Part shown: piece after piece, positions 13,414-25,500 of the stretch
Position numbering within the stretch: position 1 is the first letter of the stretch
Layout: every line of letters begins with the position of its first letter
NCBI GenBank assembly: GCA_905178155.1
Contig: CAJINV010000005.1
Span: forward strand, 5,126,256-5,190,255
Source: Amoebophrya sp. A120
Taxonomy: Eukaryota > Protista > Dinoflagellata
Length of the DNA: 64,000 bases
Direction: 5' to 3'
The notes under the pieces: generated by a model
The model's input: only the letters and a program-made list of their open reading frames with translations
The model's database searches: none
Told to the model about the DNA's origin: nothing
Position numbers and translations under genes: made by a program

Positions 13414-14038
13414 GTGCTAGAAGTGCAACTTCTGTACGAGGAAAATATATCACACGCAGCGGAGCCGACTCCGCCAGGAACAGTGCGGGTCGTGTCTCTG
13501 TTTGTCGAAAGTGCGCCTCATTTCGTTTTTTATTTTTCCAATTTTTTTTTTTTGCTAGTTAGTTTCGTTTTTCTTATGTTTTTTTTTTTGGTTTTTTGGA
13601 AATGGAAGCTTTTCAATTTTATAATCTAATAAGCGCACCACTCTCAAGACATGCGCCGCTTTTATTTTTACTATCACAACCGCACTCAGGAGGGGCATTG
13701 CTTAGCTTCATGTTAAATCTTTTTACGCCATTTCGAAATACGAGCTTCAGTAGTAAAAGTTGTTGCTTTTATTGAAGTTGTAGCGCTAGAAGACACATGA
13801 CGAGAAGAAAGAACAGCGCCAACTTTCAACCGGTTTCCCAACAAACAAACAACAAACAATAAAAATTGCGACCACCCAGCTGCAGTAGTTACGATCCCCT
13901 TTCGTTCCTTGAGTTAAGCATGCAACCACTTCACGACCACGTGCTAAAAGTATTTCTCTACGAAAATATATGACACGCAGCGGAGCCGACAGGAACAGTG
14001 CAGGTGTCTCTGTTTGTCGAAAGTGCGCCTCATTTCGT
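13414..14038 (+). repeat. ~100-bp diverged direct repeat pair (13414-13526 and 13941-14038)
   Basis: GAAAATATAT.ACACGCAGCGGAGCCGAC...GTGTCTCTGTTTGTCGAAAGTGCGCCTCATTTCGT occurs twice. Confidence 0.8.
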
Positions 14039-14402
14039 GTTCCTTGCGTCTTTTCTACAACTTCCAGTGGTATTTACAGATTAGGAGATACTAGATACTG
14101 TCTTGTCCCCTCGATCCCGGTTCGTAATTGTACCAGCGTGAGCATTATTTAGTAAGTAGCCTTTCATCTGGTGTAGTCCGCGATCACCTTGTTCTTCATG
14201 TCGTTGGTGCCAGGGGTGGGATTGGATCCACTTTTCGTCGTCTGTCAATCGTTGTAAATGCTTTTTCCAGCAAGAAACATGAAAGATATACTTAAATCGA
14301 AGGAGCAGATGAAGGGAAATTTTTATACCGGAACAGGCTAAGACAGGAATAATTGTATTGAATTTCAAAAGACGAAAATCGTACACATCAAAATAAAAAG
14401 TC

Positions 14403-17400
14403 ATGGTCACCTCGTCCTCTTGGCTGCGTCGTAATCTTTCGCCTTTGCTCACTCTCCTCGCAAAAAGCGTCTTGCTGGCACCGAAAGAACAAGAAGTGCG
14501 TTGTGGGTTCGCTCTACTCTCGTCTGACAGTGCAGTGCCGGCGCGACCACGAGCTGCTGCACTTCCAGTAGCGTCCTCACTCGCAGCAAACTTCGCAGAG
14601 CCGGTCGACCGAGTTCGCATCTTGCGGCACACTAGCACTGCTACAGCTACAGCTATCGAACCACAAAGCGACGACCCTCACAGGGCCGACGCGCACTACA
14701 TACTGAACCAACAAACAGTTGCACACACGGGGGGGCCTCAAGAGCCGTCGAGAAGTGGAATTCTGACCTCGTCCACGACGATATGAACTGCAAAAGTATC
14801 GTACTCGTGTAAATGCATTACAAATTTTCTCAGCATGAGAAATAAAATTTGTAATGCTGATTTGCCTCGACAAATAAATTGCAAGACCTGCATTTATACG
14901 AGTGCGATACTTTTGCACAGCATAGACGACCCTCCAGCCCTCCGCCTTCTGCACCATCGTAACCGAAACCGCTTTATCAAATGCAAATTATATGTCTGGC
15001 TCTGGAAGAATGCAAGTTTGTCATGCTTGTCTGGCATGACTCGAGAATCTGTGTTGCATAGGCACGAAAATGCTCTCTGTCCTGTCATGCAAAAATGCGG
15101 TTTGCCATGCGGAATACGTAAGACATGAGAGCCAAAGAATTTGTCATGCGTAGCTGCGTATTGCAGTGCGTCTACCTTTCAGTTTTAGCATTACAAGTTT
15201 CCAGACCCAGACATATTTGCAATCCATACGCTTTGCCTGACTTTTTCGCGTACCTCCTCACCCTGAACATCCATCACCCAACCACCACCGTCTACGTCTT
15301 AGCCGACGAGGAGTCGGAGCGACGGACAAAATTGATGGATTTTTTCCCAAAACTCTCCATCAAAGTCAACTTTGTTAGTGGAGACGACCTACTTCTACCC
15401 GCCTCTACTGCGGACGCAGCTCCGTCGGAACAATTTCAATTTGCAGCACCAAAGCGCCGGCCGAAGTTATTCCAATCCCGCATGGCCGTTTTCGAGCACT
15501 GGTTGTCCAATCGAAACCACACGGAGGACAGGCGGCTTATGAGGTTCTCAAACGTTACACTCTCAACTGTTACATGAATTTGTCATGCAAAACTCTCATC
15601 AGCATCACTATCATCAAGCTGCTTCGCATGACAAGTTCCCAAAGGGCTAATCAGCATCTAAACCCGCTGTGCCGAACCTGTAATGCAAACGGCGGAATCT
15701 TCACCCTTGCACTTTTGCCATTCTTGCATTACAAACTCAGGTGCCCTAGTGTGGGTCGCGCTTGTGGTTTCGGTCGGTTTAGCATTAGAAATTCATGTAA
15801 CAGTTGAGAATGTAACGATTGAGAACGCCATACGGTTGCTGAATTTTGAACAGTTTCAGAAGTACGTGAAACCGGTTTTGGACCGTCGTGACGGTCGTAT
15901 GGCGGCGAGGAACAGAGGCTCAGTTGCAGATGTTGATCATGCAGCGCCCAGCTCTGTCGTGTCTCTTATCCAGGACGAGATCGACTGGCACTCTGGCCGC
16001 TCGGTAGAGGAGAAGCGGGAGAAGATCAGTCCGAGGGTGCACAAAGAGCTGAATTTGTGGTGGAACAATAAGATGAAGATTATCCGGTACGCCTTGAAAA
16101 AAGAGGCAGAAAGGATGAGACTTCATTTAGTACCGGAGCAGATCCTCGCGGCTGATACTGATAGTCCTCGTCGCACTGGTCGTGTTCCTCCTCCTGACGT
16201 CCTGTACACGGACTGCGACACCTGGTTTTTGAAGCCCTTCGAAATTATCTTCAAGGAACGAGAAGATGCGGAGGAACACCAAGAAGCTGCTGTACTAGGT
16301 AGAACTACATCTTCTGCAACTACTCTTGAAGAGACGAACCAGGACCAGTCCTCGAAATCGAATGAAGAACCCCGTGTTGATCATCCTGATCGTCCGTCCT
16401 TCTGCATCCTACCGAGTACAACACATCTGGACAATATGGATCTGTCAGGATTGAAATCGTCAAAGTTGAAATAATTTGTGACGCGTAAAACGGATTATAC
16501 CAGTTGGCGCCTAGTTTTCAAGTGGCGCATGACAAATTTTCCTGGCCTTTAGAGCAAGTCTGTCATGCTGTTTCGGGCAAAACAAGGGCTCCCCTCTGTC
16601 ATGCTAATCAGCAACCCAATTCTGGACGACCCTTGCCAGCACTACAATCTGCCTCCCTTGCGTCCTCTGCAATAGAGACAGTCTCGTCTGAGTTGCATTT
16701 TAATATGCATGACAAATCATTTCAACTTTGTCGATTTCAAACCTGACGCTTCCATAGACAAAAGATTCCAGATTCCGCCAAGCGCCCCTGGTGGTGTTAT
16801 GTTCGAGGGGACGCCGGTTTGGGTTTTTGGCGACGACAAAGGGCAAAGAATGTTGGATTTCTGGGAGAAAGAGAACACGAGACTAGCGGAGAACCTCGTC
16901 GACCACTACATGACAGATTTGCGGGCGCTCAGAAGAGTGGAATGGAGGTACAACAGTGTAGATCAACCTTCTACAACTTCAACTCCCGCACAGGCACACC
17001 TCTTAGGGGTCAAAGTCAATGAAGATGCTGCAGCTAATCTTGCAAATGCAAATGCGCGTTCGACTCCTAGCTATGCACGCCCACCAGTCGCCCGTCTGCC
17101 GACACATAGCACGTCGATTTTTGCTATCCTGTGCAAAAGCTGCATCGTATTCGTATTGCAATCATGGATGCGTTACAAATCTTTTTGTTAAGTCAAATCC
17201 GCATTACAAATTTTATTTCTCATGCTGAGGAAATTTGTAATGCAAGTATACGAGTGCGATACTTTTGCAATCCATATTTGCGGTGCGCCATTTGTACGCG
17301 GAGTTTGGAATGAGTTTGAATCAGAAGGGAGAGTTGAAGTTTAGTCCGAAGAAGACATCAGCCGGAGCGAATCACGAAGTAGAATTTGATGATGCAGCGA

Positions 17401-18305
17401 GGTCGCCGTTTCTGGTTGAAGAAGCCGTGCAGAAGATGTCGGAAAGAACTACAGAAGCAACTACAGCGTCTAGCACGTCAACCGATTTTTATGCGGGGAC
17501 GGATCAAGAAGTTGGTGAAACAGAAATGCCAAACCCTCCTCGACGTCGTTTGGGAATTTTCCTTCCTCCGGCAGCAAGAAACGACGCCTCACCTCCGAGC
17601 ATAACAGCAATAAATGACGACCGTATTAAGCCTCTTGGTCTTGAAAGAAATATTCCCGACGAAGCGCAGCTGATGCACGTGCACATTCAAAATTTGAACT
17701 ACAACACTGCCCACGTTGTCGCCTACCTGCTCACCGTCCTCCACACCGCCGAACGGTTCCGGGAAATCGCCTGTCTTCTGGCTGTGCTTAGGCACGCGAG
17801 TGCTATTGGGGTGTTGTACCATCATGGGTTATTTTTACAGATGATGAACCAGGTAGAACCATCAAGTTCAAGTACGCAGGAGGAAAGCGAGATGAATGTT
17901 CTTTTTCCTGCAGACGTGGCCCTAGATAGTTTTTTCAGAGATGAACCGGACCAAAAAACAGCAACTCAAATGGACACATGTCTGGGAAGTAGAACAAGTG
18001 ACTACTATATCAAAAACGGGACGGATTCTCTGTACAATCGCAATGCACCGATAGAAGCGTCTCCGACGAGAGCAACAATAACGGCACACCAGTTACAAGA
18101 AGTTATTCGAACTTTTATCGCATATAATTGCCGCTTGAGGATCGTCTTGTTTCAGGCAGAAACAATCTTGTTCCGCGGAGCAGTGGTGGTTCACGCGTAC
18201 ATTCTTTCCACACGAAAAATTGTTCCACAGTCATCTTCTTTCCACATCTTGGTTCGATGTCGCTTTCCGCTTTTCCGGTCGCGGCGAAGGAGCGTTTTCG
18301 GGTGA
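14403..18305 (+). CDS. GT-A fold nucleotide-diphospho-sugar transferase (GT77/GT8-like), ~900 aa, 5 introner introns
   Basis: Spliced frame contains FCTIVTETALPDFF..VYVLAD, WWNNKMKIIRYAL and the DxD motif DVLYTDCDTWFLKP. Both ends uncertain. Confidence 0.65.
14782..14924. mobile_element. Introner family C
   Basis: TIR; DR GACGA; opposite orientation to 11949. Confidence 0.9.
14975..15228. mobile_element. Introner family A
   Basis: TIR; DR CGCTT. Confidence 0.9.
15538..15832. mobile_element. Introner family G
   Basis: TATGAGGTTCTCAAACGTTACACTCTCAACTGTTACATG TIR; DR CGGCT/CGGTT. Confidence 0.9.
16435..16756. mobile_element. Introner family E
   Basis: TIR; DR GACAA. Confidence 0.9.
17125..17276. 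mobile_element. Introner family C
   Basis: TIR; DR TTTGC. Confidence 0.88.
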
Positions 18306-19565
18306 GAAGGAATTACTGCTCTCCAGCCCCTTTGCAGACGAAATCATGGAGATCACTTTCTTACGGAAGAAACAGGGGGTCGGCACGTGAGTTGAGGATC
18401 TGGATCTAGTTGCTATGTGAGGCGTGCGCTGCTAGCTTTCATTCCCAACTATCTTCTAGCCGATTTCTTCGCTATTTCCATTTGTTTTCAATTTTCAATC
18501 AGGAGCAGTATTCGTCTTTTCCATTTGTCTGTAGGTTGCTGTTGTTTTTTATTTTCATCTGTAATTAGGTATGTTCTTTATCTTTTGCTATCGCAATTAC
18601 GACTACTGTATGTAGTTAGGGCTTTCTCTCTGGAAGTAGGTAGGTTGGGCCATCGCTATCGCTATTTTTTCCCACTGTTGTTTGTTTGTTGGTTGGTTGC
18701 TGATGTTGCCATGATGTTTCGCGACCAGACCGTCGGGCTCTCACCACGATTTTGGTGTGTGGCCTCGATGGTGGAACGCGCAGTTTTCAGTGTCCTTGTC
18801 GGGGTTTATGGCCTAACTTCCCAGTCCCACCCAGTAGGCATGATATTCAGGCCGGGGCTTTTATGATCACGTGGGGGGAGGACAAGGTCACTGTTAGCCG
18901 CCTCTACTAAAACTAGTAAGCGTGGTCAAGTTTTAGCTCATGAAAGCTCCAGCTGCACTCTTAAAGTTCTGGAACGCCGCCCCGCAGCCAAGCCAAGCCA
19001 AGACCTCTCTGATTCTGATTCTGATTCAATCACTGTGCTGTAGATCATTATGTTGCTCCTGTCACGGAGGCGGAATAGCAAGAAGTCATCGGGAAGATCT
19101 TCTATGAAAAAAACGAAAAGTTTTCATCACCTCCCGTCGCTCTTGCTGCTGAGTCTTTTTCCCTGCGATAGTACTGATCGAAACATATTAGAGTTGTTGA
19201 AATGAATTCTTTGGTCAGAAATACCGCTTGATGCTGTTGTGCTTTTCGTTTCTGATTGGATTTTTTGGATCATACACTTCTAGCGTTTACTGATAAAGTA
19301 CCTATTTCTTGTAGTCGAAGAAAGAACTTGATGAGGGCAGTTCTCCTGCGGGCGCCGGTTTTGCGTAGCCTTTGTTTCGAGGTGGATTGCGCAAGAAGTG
19401 CTGGAAGCATTCACCCTCTTGATGCGTTTTCCATGATGGCGGTTCGTGGTTCGTAAGAAAATGTGCCCCGTCGTGAGCCATATTATGGATAAAAACAGCG
19501 TCCAGCATGAGCAATTAGAAGTGCGTTGAGTATACAAAATTACCTTCAGCAAGTAGATGTAAAAG

Positions 19566-22500
19566 ATGAAGACCATGGATTTCGAGTCGCGGCGGCGCGC
19601 GTTCAAGCAGACGCAGGACTTGTATGACAGTGCACAACTTCCCCTCCCCCACTTTTGTATAGCATGAACGGCAACAGAAGCATCAGCAAGAATGCCGGTT
19701 TTGCATGACAAATTTACACTGGAGTGTAGTGCTGTTTGAGCTTCCAGAACTTGTCATGCGAACAGTGCTAAGAGGCAAAGCGTGAATTGGGTATTTTGCA
19801 TGACAAATGAGGGGGAGGGGGAGTTGTGCACTGTCATAACTTGAACGACGTGCGACGGAAGCGCGAAGACGAGGAAGTGCAGCTGCGGAAAACGGAAAAG
19901 GAGGTGCTCCTGCAGAAAAAGCGCCGGGATTGCCGCAGCGATGGTTGTAGTACACCAGCAGCTCCGGCGTCCACCTCGACTTCCTGTGCAGCTGCATCCT
20001 CTTCCACCACGGAAACAAGCATGGGTAGTACTTCTACCCACGGTAATTATAACAGCGCGGCAAGTAGGACAACCTCGAACAACAGTTGTGCCAGTGCTTC
20101 CAATTATACCGCACAGAAGATTTTAGGGCAGAGGAACACGCTGCTTTCGACAACCGACGAAGAGCACAGTTCGGGAGCGATGAATTCAAAAATGAGTCTG
20201 AATCTGAATGCGAGTGCAAGTGCACATCTTCAACTGCAGGCGACAGATCAACATGGTGCAGCTGTTGGCAATAATATTAACTCGCCTTGTGTGTTCCGTG
20301 ACCATCATGATCATGGCCCGCCAGAAGACTGCTCCCCATTACTGCATATGCACTGCAAGAGATATAATGTCTGGATTTGGAAGGTTGCAACTTGTCATGC
20401 TAAATCTGGATCGTGCCAAAAATATGTGTTGCATGAATTAATACCAAAAGATGTCCACTTTCGAACAAGTTCAGAGGCAGTTTGTCATGCAGGATAGGGA
20501 TGATAGAGGTTTCACAGAATCTGTCATGCTAGGTCCTACATGCCAGACCTCATGGGTCATGGAAAATCTGCGCCACAAGTCTTGCATTCTTCCAGACCTA
20601 GACATATTTGCAGTTTATACTGCAGTGGTTCGAGAACGCGACAACGGCACAGCTCTGCAAAATTATAACAGTTCACAACTCCCCCCTCCTCATTTGTGAT
20701 GCAAAATCCCAAGTCTAAACTTCGCCTCTTGGCACTGTTTGCATGACAAGTTCTGGCAGCCCAAACACCACTACAATCCTGTGAAAATTTGTCATGCAAA
20801 AGCTGCACTCTTGCAGGCCCGTCTATTGCTGTTCATGCAATACAAATGAGGGGGAGGGGGAGTTGTGCAGTCTCATAAAAATCGTGTTACAGGCAGACGA
20901 CAACGGCGAGATTGTTGAAGAAGGCGTAACATTGCCGCAGTTCGGCAACTACCCTAATTCCACCGGTAGTACAACTTCTGCGATCATGGGTACGATGAAG
21001 ACAGGAGATGCCGCTTCTTCAGGAACTGTAGTTCCTGAAATAAACAACAAGCTTGTTCTCACTGGCACCACGAAATCTGCATCCAGTTCGACGGGTGGAA
21101 GTACTACAACTGTGGCGCCCACGAGTGGTACATTCATCCGACATATCAACTGCAAATATGTAGTCTGGGTCTGGAAACTTGTGATGCTGAACTGTGGATG
21201 GCTGAAATATTTGCCAACGCAGCCAAGCATGACAAGTTTGCAGATCGCTTTCTCATGCTCAGTACGCATGGGAAACTGCGCTTTTGTATGACCAAAGAGG
21301 GCGTCTTTTTGTTTAGTCATGCAATACAGATTTTACAGGAATGTAGGACTGGCATGACAAGTTCCATGTTTCCAGACCCAGACATATTTGCATTGCATCC
21401 GACACCCACCTTCCAACCCGCACACGCCAATCAGCAAAACACGGGTGAAAGTCCTGCACGCGGTCACGGAGCTGCGGAAACGGCGTATCCTATGTAAAAA
21501 CATCCCCACACCATAGTCAAGGTGGGAAGTCTGCAACACAAATTCCCAAGTTTTGGGAGTTCTGCATGATAAGTTTCCATCTGCAGTGTAGTGCTGGCGA
21601 GCAAGGAAAGCCGCATAAGAAAGCCTAATTTCTGATCCTGTTTACAGCATTACAAATGGCAAAACACGATTGGAAATTTTGCCTCCCATGGAGATGCGCA
21701 TTACAGATGTTCCTGTCATTGTGCATCCGCATGACAACTCTGGGGTGGGGACGTTTTTACACAGGATACGGCTGTCGCGGCCGGAAAACCCCCCGATCCA
21801 GGAAATTTTGGACTACGGGCTGCAGGTTGCAGCGGCTGCAAGTAAGAGTAGTAGAAATGGAACAGGTGTAATATCGGGAACAACTACAACATGTGGAGAT
21901 CATACAGTGGGAAGCTGTACCTCCAATGGCAATAGAAATTGTCCTGAGCAAGGTCTTCAATATCATGGCAAGAATCACTGCATCAGGAAGATGGTGACGA
22001 TCATGCTGAATACCGACGATCACAAACTGAAATTCGAGCTGGCCTAGGCAGGAGAAGAACTGTGGTCTAGTCAGTGTAAGATGAACTCTCTTGGAGTGAC
22101 AGCATGACAAATTTGCTGTGCATGATAGAAAAAATCTGTGATGCATGGTTACTACGTGATGAAATTGCAATTGCATGTGAAAAGTAGCGGGCCTCATGGC
22201 AGCTGTCTCTGGCATGACAAGTATATGTTACTGTGTTGCTTTTTCTGCGTCACAGATGAATTTACACTTCTTTGCACAGTTTTTTTCTTGCATATAATCT
22301 GGACTTTGACCAACATCGCCAGCGGGAACTCCGAGCACACGAATGCTGTTGTTGAGTCGGGCGGTTTGGAGGCGTTTTTGCAGATCTTGAACAGCCGATC
22401 GGCGTTGCGCTCCGAGCTGTGTGAGCAGGCGATTTGGGCGTTGGGAAACATCGCGGGGGACGGCCCGGTGTTGCGGGACAAACTACTGGAGAGAAACGCC

Positions 22501-25500
22501 ATCAAAGTTCTCCAGAACATTTGCTCCGCTGTGACGCAATTGCAGTGGAATGACAAGGAGAAGACTGACGTGCTGCGAAACGTCATGTGGCTCATGAGCA
22601 ACCTGTGTCGGGGAAAGGTAGAATATCCTGAGTAAAAACGTATCCACACCAGAGTTGTAATGCAGATTTGCAAAGACAGGAAGACTTGTAATGCGCATCC
22701 CCACGAGAGCCATTTCCAGTCGTGTTTTGGAATTTGTGATGCTGTGAACAGGTTGAGCAGATGAATCTGTGATGCGGCTGCACTTGCTAACCTGCACTAC
22801 ACTGCAGAGTACAACTTGTCAAGCGTGACTCACAAAGCTCCTAGGTTTGTGTTGCAAAATCCCCATCCTGGCTCTGGTGTGGGTACGTTTTTACTCAGGA
22901 TATAGAAGGAAATAAATTCAATATGTTTTTTCAGATTTCATGATCAGCAGCCGCTGCGGCTGTGGTCTCTGTCTCATCTAACTAACTTTAAGTGTGCACA
23001 GCACCTCCATCACCACGCTTAGACTTCTGCAGCATAATTCCGGATTTATTATTTTTCACACGATAAAAAATCTTTATCTTCCTGAAGGCGATAGATGTAG
23101 AGCTTAAGTCAGTGCAGCCATCTCGTCGTCTTCACTGAACAGCTATCAAATGCAAAAATGTCTGGGTCTGGAAGAGTGCAAGTTTGTCATGCTTGTCTGG
23201 CATGACTCGAGAATCTGTGTTGCATAGCCACGAAAAGGCCCTCTTACCTGTCATGCAAAAACGCAGTTTGCCATGCGGAACACGTAAGATATGGCAGCCA
23301 AAAAATTTGTCATGCATAGCTGCGTATTGCAGTGCGTTTAGCATTCATTTTTAGCATTACAAATTTCCAGACCCAGACATATTTGCAATCCATAACAGCC
23401 GTCGCCACCGTTCGAAGTGGTGTGCCCGGCGTTCGAAGTGTTCGCAGAGGTGGTCGGGCGGAATTTATGGATAGGATGAAATTCATCTTGTATATGCCAA
23501 ATGCGGCATGGGCATGAGGAACGAAATTTGTGATGCCTGTGTTGCTGGATAAAAATGATGAAAGTTGTTCAGCAAGATAGAACTTGTTTACCTTGCGACT
23601 GGTTCATTTTTTTCCCATGCTTGTACAACATTTGGATGACAAGCATTTGGTTTTTCCCATTTCATATACACTCGACCACGACATGACGATTGACTCGATG
23701 TGGGGGCTGTCGTACCTGACGCAGAGCACGGGCGACGAACAAGAAGACGTGCGAAGGTGTGGGTGATTTTTTCTTGAATATGATTTGGCTTTTTGTTTTT
23801 GAAGAATTTTCTTTTGCGAAAGTCGAAACATGCATCTAGGATTTCGTCTGAGTTTGTCGTGCAAAATGCTCCAATTACCCCGATGAAATATTAAACATCG
23901 CTCATCAGAGCCTACGCCCTGCTCCTGTCCGGCCAGGCGCAGCGGGACTATCTGGAGGAACACCAGCCGAATCTGCTCATCCGGTGCCTCCTCAACATTG
24001 TCCGCTATGGCCGAATATCAAATGCAAAAATGTCTAGGTCTGGAAACTTGTGATGCTGAGTGGCGTAGCATGAGGAGGCCACGAGTGCTGGCTCAGCATG
24101 ACAAATTTCTGAGCTTGTAGATGTTACCTATTCTGCATGACAAACAGCGTCTCCGCATGACAGAAAAGCGCGGCTCTTGGGCAACGTGCGTGACAGATTT
24201 AAGAGTCATGCCAGAGAAGCATGACAAACATTCATTCTTCCAGACCCAGACATTTTTACAGTTGATACCGAAAAGCAGGCGGGGCCGCGGATACCGGGCC
24301 TGTTGTCAAGGACCTCACGTATGATCACGCAAGCAGTACGTGGAAAAACGAAGCCACACAAGCCGAGGACTTCTTGCTCACCCATCCCGCGCTGCGCGTC
24401 ATAGGTACTTACTGTAGAATTCATCTAGCTGCAGTGTGGTTTGTAATGTACTTCTTACTAGTGGGGGCGATGATAGTATCCTATCGTGTGAGCAGCTACA
24501 AGAACATCTTTTGCACATCTGCACCGTTGTAACTGCAGTGCGCTATCAACGAACTAGACGAATCATGATGTGGTCCACCAAGTTTTCAAATGTGAACACT
24601 CGGCGGCGGCCCAAGGAACTACAGTAAGTACTTACAACAGTCTTTTTCTTGATATTTATCAAAATTCTATTCCGCAGGCAACCTAATTCAAACACCGGAC
24701 CACCGATATGCCGACATCTGTATCCAGTCGGGGTTGCTTCCCGCATTGATATATGCATTGCAAATATCCCTGAATGTCTGGAAGGATGCAACTTGTGATG
24801 CTACATTTGGACTCCAAAAAAATTTGTGTTGCATGAGCAGCAAATGGAGTATAATTTTTGCTACGCGGAGACGAGGGCATTTGTCATGCGAAATAGGCAT
24901 CAAGAACCTGTCACAAAATCTGTGATGCTACGGCATGCATCACAGACATCATGGCTCATGCAGAACGTGCATGACAAGTCTCAGAATCTTCCCGACATCC
25001 AGGGATATTTGCAATCCATATGATAACTCTGCTGAAGAACTACGGCGGATATCGCAAGAAAAAAGTCTTACAGTTACACATTGTGCTGCAGGCCAAGCAA
25101 GACAGACAAGCTCTGTCATGCCGGATATGCATGGGAGCCTCGTTTCATAGCTGTTTTCCCGTACCACTACTAGGATTTCTGCATTACAAGTTTTCTCTCT
25201 CAACATGCCGAGAAATTTGTGTTGCTGATTTCACTACAAAGGTGTAAGTGTAACACTTTTTTCGTGGGATTGCGGAGGAGGTAGTACTCATAGAGGAGCT
25301 GCGCCCAGCCCCCCTGGAACCGCTACAAATCCACCATGTACAACAAACGGCCAACAAACCACAACACGAACAAATGGCGGTCCAGTTCTTGCAGGAGTTT
25401 CTTCGACGTCGGAGCAAAAAAACCTCCAAAACGGTTTTAGAAGTATTTCGACAGGGGCGGAGAATCTGAATCACGATCAACAGGCAACAATATTTAACCC

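Noticed and set aside
18417-18866. Hydrophobic 149-aa ORF
   Set aside because: T-rich UTR-like composition, non-ATG start, and the region is deleted in the duplicate. Likely spurious.
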